DNA of 64,000 nucleotides from a phage: NCBI GenBank assembly GCA_020619395.1, contig GCA_020619395.1_4860.1; one strand, 5' to 3'. Shown piece by piece: positions 28,213 to 36,034 of this stretch (position 1 is its first letter; each line of letters starts with the position of its first letter). The notes under the pieces were generated by a model. It saw only the letters and a program-made list of their open reading frames with translations, ran no database searches and was not told where the DNA came from. The position numbers and the translations under genes were made by a program.

Positions 28213-29100
28213 ATGAAAAACGATTTGCATCTTGCGTATAAAACCACATTCAACCACCCGCTGCATCTATCTTCCCCAGATTCAGTGCGTGCGCACCTTG
28301 CTGACAAAGTCAGACTGATTGCACAGATTCCTGGTGAGTGGCCAAAGGTTCGTGGTCGCTTCTTGACCGACAAGAAGAACTACACCGTAGAAAATACGTT
28401 TAAGATCCGTGATATGGTTGCAGAGGCCATCGTTATCTTTAACGGCGATGGTAACTCTCGTGGCGTGTTAGTCGACGGTAAGTATTTCTTCAGTGAAGGG
28501 ATTTTGAACAACAGCGTCGATTTAGAACTGATGTTTACACCGTTTGACGAACTTGAAGCAAAACCGATGGCGCGCCGTTGGTGGAGTCCGGACTATCTGG
28601 GCTCGTTCCCTTACTACTTTGTACTGGTACCTGCCGATACGGAAACGTATTTCGACACCGAACCGTACATCGATATCGAGGGATATAAAGAACTCGGCAT
28701 CACCCGTTTAGCGGACATGATGGCGTATAGCTATAAGTTCGTGTGGGATAAAAAGCGTTCTGTCTGGTATGCGTTGACTGACGATTTTGAAATCACCAAA
28801 CGTATTCGTAAGCCGTGGATGCAACACCTGGTTCAAACCCGATATGGGGATTACCCGGCGACAGAAGCGGATTTGAGTAAGCTGGTAAGCTTCCTCTTAA
28901 CGAAGGTGGATTTAACGAAAGAAGAAGCAGAAGCTGTTTCTGAGATTCGTAGTCGTTCGGTAACGTTGGCCGATTTGAAACGCTTGAACGAAAGACACGC
29001 CGACCTGAACAAAATTTTAGCTGCCTATCACGACCCGATGTTACTGGTGCCTGGCGCTAATGTAGACGAAGATCCTTTATTCGCCATTGATTATATTTAA
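28213..29100 (+). CDS. hypothetical protein (295 aa) within the peptide/radical SAM cassette
   Basis: ORF, no motif recognised. Confidence 0.55.
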   Translation: MKNDLHLAYKTTFNHPLHLSSPDSVRAHLADKVRLIAQIPGEWPKVRGRFLTDKKNYTVENTFKIRDMVAEAIVIFNGDGNSRGVLVDGKYFFSEGILNNSVDLELMFTPFDELEAKPMARRWWSPDYLGSFPYYFVLVPADTETYFDTEPYIDIEGYKELGITRLADMMAYSYKFVWDKKRSVWYALTDDFEITKRIRKPWMQHLVQTRYGDYPATEADLSKLVSFLLTKVDLTKEEAEAVSEIRSRSVTLADLKRLNERHADLNKILAAYHDPMLLVPGANVDEDPLFAIDYI

Positions 29101-29122
29101 AAATATACTGGAGCAACCTGCA

Positions 29123-30037
29123 ATGACAGATCAAGTAGAATCCAGGATCTCGTCTGAACTGTACGACAAACCGTCAATTCTGTCGGTTGTCGCAACTTCT
29201 AAGTGTAACTTAGACTGTAGCTTCTGTGGAGGGGCTTATTACATGGATAGAGAAGATACTTCTCGTGAGTTTCAACGCGAAGAGATTCTCTCGATTTTAG
29301 AGAAGAATCCGGATATCGGTGAGATTCATTGGACGGGCGGTGAGCCGCTGTTAGCGCAGCGTAAGATTGAAGACTTCGTGAACGAGTTGAAGGAGTCTCA
29401 TCCGAACCTCCGTCATCACATGTACACCAACGGTTTAAAGATGCGTAAATCACATCTGCCGTTGCTGAAACAGTTCGACCTTATCTTTGTGTCCATTGAC
29501 GGCTACAAGAAGTCGGAACGTCCGTTTATGAACTTTGTAAACGGTGGTAATCACGAAGCGCTGGAAGTGCTGTACGAGCTGGACAACTATTACACCTGGG
29601 GTGTGATGACGCGTGACCAGTTAGGTGATAAACGCTGGTACGAAGATTTCATCGAGCTGCACCGAGCAATCTATCATTACCGTCCAGGTGGTGTGTCGTT
29701 GTTGTTTGATGCGATGATGCCGAAACCGTTATCGCCAGACCACGTCATGAACTTCATGTACGGGTATTGGAAAATACTCGACAATATCGAACGCCTTAAC
29801 ATGCAGAACGATTCTGAATGTGGGCTCGCGATCAGTAAAATGTTCGATACCGAGTGCAACACGTGCAGTGAAGTGCTGTGGCTTAACGCCGACGGTACGC
29901 AGGAGCAAATTCAGAACGCCCCAGAGATATTGGAAGTCGGCTGTAATCGCCTGGCGCGTTCTATCGGCGTTGATGCGTATAACTACATCAACCGTGTAAT
30001 TTCTGCTAAGCGTAAACGGGCGGCGAACAATGAGTAA
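29123..30037 (+). CDS. radical SAM enzyme (~304 aa)
   Basis: ATG at 29123 with RBS ggag; CNLDCSFCGG (CX3CX2C) and GGEPLL motifs; extra C-terminal Cys (CGLAI..CNTC..GCN) suggestive of a twitch/partial SPASM cluster. Confidence 0.8.
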   Translation: MTDQVESRISSELYDKPSILSVVATSKCNLDCSFCGGAYYMDREDTSREFQREEILSILEKNPDIGEIHWTGGEPLLAQRKIEDFVNELKESHPNLRHHMYTNGLKMRKSHLPLLKQFDLIFVSIDGYKKSERPFMNFVNGGNHEALEVLYELDNYYTWGVMTRDQLGDKRWYEDFIELHRAIYHYRPGGVSLLFDAMMPKPLSPDHVMNFMYGYWKILDNIERLNMQNDSECGLAISKMFDTECNTCSEVLWLNADGTQEQIQNAPEILEVGCNRLARSIGVDAYNYINRVISAKRKRAANNE

Positions 30038-31358
30038 TAGCGAACAGCAAATCCAGTACACACCACGCACGTATCAGGTTGTGACTAACCTGTCATGTAA
30101 CCTGGACTGCGAATACTGCTACGAGCGTAAATATCCGCGTAACAACAAAGTAGCAGACGTGATTGATTTTATCCACGCTTGTTTCGAGCGCGATAAAGAT
30201 ATCCCGAACGTTGAAGTCATCATCGATATCATCGGTGGTGAGCCGTTCATGCAGCCTAAACTTCTTTTGGCGGCCTTTGAAACCGCAGAGAAGTTATGCG
30301 CAGAACACAATCGCCCGTATATGTTCAGTATCTCCACGAACGGTACGCTTCTGGACCGTCCGCTGAACAAAGAAATTATCGAGCGCTGGAAAGACAAACT
30401 GTCTATTGGGGTCTCCATCGATGGTTTACCTGAAGTCCATGACAAATATCGTATCTTTACCACGACGCGTGAAGGGTCGTACGAAGCTGCGGTACGCGGT
30501 TACAATTATCTGAAGAGTGTTGGCATCGCTGAACTGGGCGTAAAAGCGACGTTTACGATCGATACATTGCCGCACTATGCCGCCAGCATGAAATCGTTAA
30601 TTGACATGTCCGGCGGTGGTACCATTTCTGGTAATGTAACGTACGAAGATATCCTGCCGCGCCATATGGCGTTGGATATCGCGAACCAGATGATGGACGT
30701 GATGGACTACTGGATTGAGAAGGGTCTGCACACCAACCCGCGTAACACGATTACACACATCATCCCGGATGGCCTGAACTTTATGGCAACTTGGGACCCG
30801 GATTGGCGTGACAAACTCTTACACGACGACTCTGTTCGTCTCGACCCAGAACGCCTGAAACCGTACTGCGGTACGTTGACGCACATGACCTGTCTCGGCT
30901 TTGATCGCAAGATTTACGGTTGTAACCGTTTCATGTCCACGGTAACTTCCCGCTCTGCTGTAGCGGAACTGGTCGGTCGTGAGTTTGTGAGTCTGGACGG
31001 TGGTAAGCTGTTAGAAGAGATTCAAACGCAGTACACCAACTACCCAGAAACCTGTTTAGGGTGTCCGATGAAACACAGCTGCGGTAGCTGCGCAGCGGCA
31101 TCGTACGAAAACGGTGAAGGTACACTGGAAGACCGTAAAGCGTATCACGCCGAGCGTCGTCAGTGTGGTTGGACTACTGCGAAGCTGATGGCGGCGGAAT
31201 ATTGGTATCAGAAAACTGGTACGACTCGCGCATCAGATTTGCACGATAAATCCATGTGCTATTGTTCACGTTGTGTACGCCAACGTGCCGAAGCAGAAAA
31301 ATTACAAAACGGAGCCCAGAATGAAGTCAATACTGATTCACAATTTTACGAAGCGTAA
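30030..31358 (+). CDS. radical SAM enzyme with SPASM-like C-terminal Cys cluster (442 aa)
   Basis: start overlaps upstream stop (ATGAGTAA); CNLDCEYC (CX3CX2C), GGEPF; C-terminal CLGCPMKHSCGSC cluster. Confidence 0.8.
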   Translation: MSNSEQQIQYTPRTYQVVTNLSCNLDCEYCYERKYPRNNKVADVIDFIHACFERDKDIPNVEVIIDIIGGEPFMQPKLLLAAFETAEKLCAEHNRPYMFSISTNGTLLDRPLNKEIIERWKDKLSIGVSIDGLPEVHDKYRIFTTTREGSYEAAVRGYNYLKSVGIAELGVKATFTIDTLPHYAASMKSLIDMSGGGTISGNVTYEDILPRHMALDIANQMMDVMDYWIEKGLHTNPRNTITHIIPDGLNFMATWDPDWRDKLLHDDSVRLDPERLKPYCGTLTHMTCLGFDRKIYGCNRFMSTVTSRSAVAELVGREFVSLDGGKLLEEIQTQYTNYPETCLGCPMKHSCGSCAAASYENGEGTLEDRKAYHAERRQCGWTTAKLMAAEYWYQKTGTTRASDLHDKSMCYCSRCVRQRAEAEKLQNGAQNEVNTDSQFYEA

Positions 31359-31887
31359 ACTGCACTTGGTCGATCGCTTCCTGCGCAAAAGCAAGCTGTA
31401 CAATGTGCACGCAATTGTGGCAGGGGAAGACTTCACTGATGAAATCCAAAGCCTGTTGATTAAATACGGGCTGAATGTGATGATCCCGGTCTACTGCGTT
31501 GAGAAAGGACACGAGTCTGTCGCGGAAATCGAAAAGCGCAACCCTGGCTTTGAGAAGCGACTGCTTGCATACCCACGCCACAAAATCGAACTGCTACGTC
31601 ACTCTATTGATGAAGCCAGTCCTGAAAGTTTAGTGGCATTGGGCTTGTCATTCCCGCGGATGCGTATTCGTAACTTACGCTCCAATAACCCGGTTGACGC
31701 TTATTACACAGAACGTCAAATCTTCGAAGAACACCTGCTCCCGCAGTTGGAAGAAGAAGAGCAACACAACATTTCTCTGTTGTGGGCCGGTAACCTCGAT
31801 CAGGACTTCCAGATGCTGGACTTCGGTTTGTTGTTAGAACTTGGCCTGATTGAGGAGGACGAATGTCTGTTACTGACAAAAGCTTAA
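31321..31887 (+). CDS. hypothetical protein (~188 aa)
   Basis: ORF begins at 31273 but the ATG at 31321 (MKSILIHNF..) has RBS ggag; overlaps end of rSAM gene. Confidence 0.5.
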   Translation: MKSILIHNFTKRKLHLVDRFLRKSKLYNVHAIVAGEDFTDEIQSLLIKYGLNVMIPVYCVEKGHESVAEIEKRNPGFEKRLLAYPRHKIELLRHSIDEASPESLVALGLSFPRMRIRNLRSNNPVDAYYTERQIFEEHLLPQLEEEEQHNISLLWAGNLDQDFQMLDFGLLLELGLIEEDECLLLTKA

Positions 31888-32534
31888 CGAACGAAGAGAT
31901 CCGCGCCCGTTATTTCCAGCGTGATTTGCCGATTGATCGTCACGGTAATTTCATGGAACGAATCGGTGCGCAGGATCAGGGTCGTACCGGATTTTGTGCA
32001 TTACTCCATTACCATCTCATCGAAGGGATGTCTGATAAAGAAGCCCTGGCACGCATGAAGCTGTATGAGATGTCGGAGATTGAAGCTAACTTCACATTGA
32101 AACGCACGAAAGAGTTTATTGCTAATGTGCTGGAGATTGACCTCGACGAAATTCGCGGGAATCTGAAATCTACCGCACGTTACATTTACGAAGACGTGCA
32201 GAAGATGCTGTTGGAACTCGACCACCGCTACGAAGATGAGCGCCATGGTTATATCGAGTTTGAAGGTAGTCACTTTCAAGCCGATGAATCGTCGCGCACC
32301 ATCCTCGGTCAATACATTCAGGCAGATACCGCACCAGAATACTGGCTCGATACGCTGAATACTAAGCACAGTCCGTTTACAGTAGCCCAATGTAAAGCGT
32401 TGCTGGCCGCTATTGTTGCACGTGACCAAGTGTTGCACTCAGCAATGGCAGATAACAAACGCCAAATCCGTGAGTTAGCTGAAAAGCGCGATTACACTGG
32501 ATTAAAAACATTGTCCGAGTCACTCGGCATGTAA
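31863..32534 (+). CDS. hypothetical protein (223 aa)
   Basis: ORF; ends before terminator. Confidence 0.55.
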   Translation: MSVTDKSLTNEEIRARYFQRDLPIDRHGNFMERIGAQDQGRTGFCALLHYHLIEGMSDKEALARMKLYEMSEIEANFTLKRTKEFIANVLEIDLDEIRGNLKSTARYIYEDVQKMLLELDHRYEDERHGYIEFEGSHFQADESSRTILGQYIQADTAPEYWLDTLNTKHSPFTVAQCKALLAAIVARDQVLHSAMADNKRQIRELAEKRDYTGLKTLSESLGM

Positions 32535-32547
32535 GCAAAGAAAATAA

Positions 32548-32590
32548 AGGCCCTACCTCCCCGAAGGGAGGTAGGTACCTTTTATTTATT
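32548..32590. terminator. bidirectional rho-independent terminator
   Basis: stem cctacctccc-cgaa-gggaggtagg with A-run upstream and T-run downstream. Confidence 0.75.
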
Positions 32591-32615
32591 TCTTAGAAAC
32601 TACTAAGTTGTTTTG

Positions 32616-33143
32616 TTAAACGAATCCGTCCAGTTCACCGTTGGTGGTGCTCAGGTCAGTTTTAACGATTGGCTGCGTTACAGTATAAACTGCAAGGCTG
32701 GCAGGCTGGTATTTAATGTGGCCTTCTTTCACCATAACAGTGATGATTTTCTCACCACTGTCGCCGTCCTCGCGTGAAATGGTGAGTTCAGACAATGCAA
32801 ACGCATCTTCCGTTTTACCGGCGGCAATTAGATCTGCGTTGACAAAAGCAAGCACTTCTTCATCGGTATCCCATTCTGCCTGGTCAGCGGTAACTGCTTT
32901 CGCACCGATGATGTTCAATGAATCGAGGCGGGTATAATGCAGCTCTTTCTCGCCAGTAAAGTTAGCGGATTCCGCGGTGGCAGTGATGGTGAGTTTGGAG
33001 TTGCGAGTGTCTCCAGAATCTGCTGGTGAATAGTCAGCAACAGCGCCGAATGTAACGTCAGCAGAAGTTAACGGACTAGACAGTCCGCTGTTTGCAGCAT
33101 TAAACAGCGCAACGAGTTGGTCTTTTGCAGAGATGACTGCCAT
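32616..33143 (-). CDS. hypothetical protein (175 aa) with C-terminal TNGELDGF tail motif
   Basis: C-terminus KTDLSTTNGELDGFV matches the C-termini of the three family-A paralogues. Confidence 0.55.
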   Translation of the reverse strand: MAVISAKDQLVALFNAANSGLSSPLTSADVTFGAVADYSPADSGDTRNSKLTITATAESANFTGEKELHYTRLDSLNIIGAKAVTADQAEWDTDEEVLAFVNADLIAAGKTEDAFALSELTISREDGDSGEKIITVMVKEGHIKYQPASLAVYTVTQPIVKTDLSTTNGELDGFV

Positions 33144-33266
33144 GGTTGTTTCCTTATAGTAGGTTTGTGGTGCATACTAAATCGTTCTAAAAACAACATA
33201 GTGGGCTTAATATGACAGTAAAGTTGGCTGTTAAACGAGAAATTTTATACCACTGAAAGGTACTCT

Positions 33267-33758
33267 ATGAAACGTCTATTTATCGTATTCGCGATTATAA
33301 ACCTGTTGGCCGGTTGTGTTCAGTCGCCAAGCAACATAGGACAATTTAGCGCCACACCAGTAAAGAATCACGACTTGGTGATTTATACATGCACAGGGAC
33401 GCAGGAGAAGTTTATAGACTACCGTCCGGTTCTGGACAATCTACAGATGATGCCGCGGTCAGTAACAGTAATGGATGTGGGTGCAAACTGGGTAGCAACG
33501 TGGGACGGTGGCAAACTAGAGTCACCGATGATGTTTAAAGATACAATTGGCAAAATCGACGGGAATGTTAACACCACCACAGGTGAGCGTTATTACCGTA
33601 TTAATAAAACCGTAAACGATAGCCCCACTTACTCTTTTTCGGATGTGAACCCGTATACCGGCGAAGGTAAAGGGATGACATTCTTTCGCTGCAGCAGCGG
33701 GTTTATCGGTGAAGTTCCTACTCCGATTACGATTGTTCCGTTAGAAGAAAATAAATAA
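33267..33758 (+). CDS. lipoprotein (163 aa)
   Basis: MKRLFIVFAIINLLAGC lipobox; isolated plus-strand gene flanked by terminators. Confidence 0.6.
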   Translation: MKRLFIVFAIINLLAGCVQSPSNIGQFSATPVKNHDLVIYTCTGTQEKFIDYRPVLDNLQMMPRSVTVMDVGANWVATWDGGKLESPMMFKDTIGKIDGNVNTTTGERYYRINKTVNDSPTYSFSDVNPYTGEGKGMTFFRCSSGFIGEVPTPITIVPLEENK

Positions 33759-33760
33759 TG

Positions 33761-33805
33761 CTTACCCACTCCCGTAAGGGGAGTGGGTAAGGGCTTTATT
33801 TACCC
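33761..33805 (+). terminator. rho-independent terminator
   Basis: stem cttacccactccc / gggagtgggtaag then T-rich tract. Confidence 0.6.
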
Positions 33806-33883
33806 TCTAAAACGCTCTGTAACGCTCTCTAAGCGCATTAAACGTATCAAATGATAAATGATATTACTTTTGATTAAAGTGGC

Positions 33884-34399
33884 TTAGATTTTAACTAGCT
33901 TGCTCCAATCGATGGGTTGTTGCTTAACCACTTTAACGGTACCACGTGTCGGTGACCAGAAGGTGATATCAGGCTGGTTGCGTACGTCAACATGCAACCA
34001 GGTAATATCGCACTCGATAAAGTGAATAAACGGAAACTCGTTAGGGTTCGCGGCAATATAGTCGTGTACTTTCTGCAACGGAGTATCAAGCATTGTTGCA
34101 TCAAACGCATTACCGAATTTATGCATACTGCCTGATTCGGCGTACAGTTTGTTTGCACGAGTTTGCCAATCTCCACCCTTTGGTTTCTCTTGATTAATAA
34201 AGAACTGCAGGGTACGCAGACTACGCTGTTGCTGGGAACTGGTTAAAATCACCATCCGCCCAAAACGATTACGAATCTGTTGGAGCGAGATTAGCAGTAA
34301 CGGATTAAGGAAACGAATAGCACCTTCACCGTATTTCGCGATGTACTCCTGCGGCATCAACTCTTTTAACGCGAAGTTGGCAGGATTCGGATGAAACAT
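33884..34399 (-). CDS. peptidase M15-like zinc peptidoglycan peptidase (171 aa)
   Basis: SMHKFGNAFD fits SxHxxGxAxD; downstream WLHVDVR gives the third His ligand. Confidence 0.65.
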   Translation of the reverse strand: MFHPNPANFALKELMPQEYIAKYGEGAIRFLNPLLLISLQQIRNRFGRMVILTSSQQQRSLRTLQFFINQEKPKGGDWQTRANKLYAESGSMHKFGNAFDATMLDTPLQKVHDYIAANPNEFPFIHFIECDITWLHVDVRNQPDITFWSPTRGTVKVVKQQPIDWSKLVKI

Positions 34400-34408
34400 T
34401 TTTTCTCC

Positions 34409-35050
34409 TTAAGGGGCAGTCAGGAACGCACGTTTGATATTCAAATACTGCACGTTTACCGGTTGCCCATTAGTAATGTCAACACGTTCGTGTTCAGGAA
34501 TCGCTAACGTACGAGATGTTCTAAAGAACAGGTAGTTGCGATTATAGGACAACGTCTTTTCTACCGGCCGGCTATAAACCACCTTAGAGTTATCGTCTAC
34601 ATAGGACGGCCAACCAAACTCGTGAACGGCATGGTAGAAGGACTTACGAATAAAGGTGTCAACGCCTAATGCCTCCATGATGCGTAAGAACATCAGGTCA
34701 GCGAATGTTTTGTCACATGCACGAGATAGATTACCTTCGACAGTGTCAGGGTAAAAGCCTACCGATGAACGTTTCTGGTAAAACAAATCATGCACACAAG
34801 CGGCAGCGGCCCAAGGCCCATCCGGATGCAGGATAGGACGTAACGCTTCTGGAATGCTTGCCAGGTCCGTCACAAATCCTCTCGGTACCGTTACCCATAA
34901 CGGGGTATCCGGATGCACACCTGCTAATGCTACCATCGCATCCATTCCGGTCTGTTCACGATAGAGGCTGCGCAACGTAAACTCGAAATGGAAATCATCC
35001 GTGAGGATAAACCACGGCTTCTCTAACAACGTATACTTAAGTGCTTCCAT
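34409..35050 (-). CDS. DUF1353-like protein (213 aa)
   Basis: FVTDLASIP and AACVHD motifs recalled from this family; assignment tentative. Confidence 0.4.
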   Translation of the reverse strand: MEALKYTLLEKPWFILTDDFHFEFTLRSLYREQTGMDAMVALAGVHPDTPLWVTVPRGFVTDLASIPEALRPILHPDGPWAAAACVHDLFYQKRSSVGFYPDTVEGNLSRACDKTFADLMFLRIMEALGVDTFIRKSFYHAVHEFGWPSYVDDNSKVVYSRPVEKTLSYNRNYLFFRTSRTLAIPEHERVDITNGQPVNVQYLNIKRAFLTAP

Positions 35051-35057
35051 ACTGACC

Positions 35058-35150
35058 TCACGTCATATAACGCACGAGCATCGTGAGGACCATTAATCCC
35101 AGTAAAATGGACATTAAGCCTTTCGGCCAGTCGTCGTTGTCGTATTGCAT
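35058..35150 (-). CDS. small membrane peptide (30 aa), holin-like candidate
   Basis: RBS ggaggg; MQYDNDDWPKGLMSILLGLMVLTMLVRYMT has one TM segment; below ORF-track size cut-off. Confidence 0.3.
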   Translation of the reverse strand: MQYDNDDWPKGLMSILLGLMVLTMLVRYMT

Positions 35151-35240
35151 GGCTTTACCCTCCGACAGAAGATCGCGCGTAATAGTTTGAAGAACCCAGA
35201 ATCGTAATACGTTTCCGGAACGGTTTGTACTTCGGGGAAC

Positions 35241-35342
35241 TTAGGCGGAGTTGGACGGTGGGTCATTACGTTTTCTCCTTGCGGCAAAAACAAGGGCGCG
35301 CCAGATAGCTTTCATTAAGGCAGCAAACCAATTCTGTTTCAT
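35241..35342 (-). CDS. small ORF (33 aa) with hydrophobic segment and basic tail
   Basis: start overlaps lysozyme stop (ATGA); MKQNWFAALMKAIWRALVFAARRKR..; weak RBS. Confidence 0.3.
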   Translation of the reverse strand: MKQNWFAALMKAIWRALVFAARRKRNDPPSNSA

Positions 35343-35956
35343 TTGCACATCCCCAACTTAGCCACGTAGTCTGGCATTTCCTGATAGACGCGGCCATACC
35401 AGCCGTAAGTAAACTCTTCGTTATCCTCACGCCCTTCACTGATTTCCGTGTAGTACGCAACCTGATGACAGGTTAAAGCGAACATCAGTCGATTCAGGCC
35501 CTCTTCCCCACGGGCTTTGATGAAGCCTTCTAACGCTGTTAACGTACGTGGCCCGATACCACCATCGGCATCGATATCATCGTATAGTTTACCCTGACGG
35601 TTTAATACGTTCAGAATACGTTGCAGGGACTTGATACAGTTACCGCGTCCTGCGTTGATGCCGAAATCAAACATTCGGTCAGCTAGCAGGACATTCATTT
35701 TCATAATCTGGTCTAAACGCATCCGCTGCCACCAGAGCTTGTTGTAAATGTCTAACGCGATTTCTAAGCTCAGGTCACGCATATCCCCTTTATAGCCATA
35801 TTCGCGCGCAGTGAGTTCGGTGACACCACGGTTCGTTGCTTTGCCCAAATCTTTCGGGTTATTAACGTAACCGGCTTCGATGTTTACTTTGGCACGAATA
35901 ATGCCCTCTTTACTCCAACGATCGACCACGATAACCTCCTGAGTTGATAGGGTCAT
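35339..35956 (-). CDS. GH108-type muramidase with peptidoglycan-binding C-terminal domain (endolysin candidate)
   Basis: EAGYVNNPKDLGKATNRGVT matches the GH108 EGGYVNDP..GG.T..GIT motif; C-terminal TYGWYGR region; start taken at ATG 35956. Confidence 0.65.
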   Translation of the reverse strand: MTLSTQEVIVVDRWSKEGIIRAKVNIEAGYVNNPKDLGKATNRGVTELTAREYGYKGDMRDLSLEIALDIYNKLWWQRMRLDQIMKMNVLLADRMFDFGINAGRGNCIKSLQRILNVLNRQGKLYDDIDADGGIGPRTLTALEGFIKARGEEGLNRLMFALTCHQVAYYTEISEGREDNEEFTYGWYGRVYQEMPDYVAKLGMCK

Positions 35957-35988
35957 AAAAAGAAAGCCTCTTCCCCGTGGGGAAGAGG
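35956..35988 (-). terminator. rho-independent terminator
   Basis: stem cctcttcccc / ggggaagagg with T-run on minus strand. Confidence 0.6.
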
Positions 35989-36034
35989 GCATGGGTTATC
36001 TTCAGGCTTTAAACCCGTCAAGTTCCTCGTTAAA

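Noticed and set aside
35266-35460. Minus-strand ORF of 64 aa
   Set aside because: Lies in another frame inside the GH108 muramidase gene; the muramidase frame carries the family motif.
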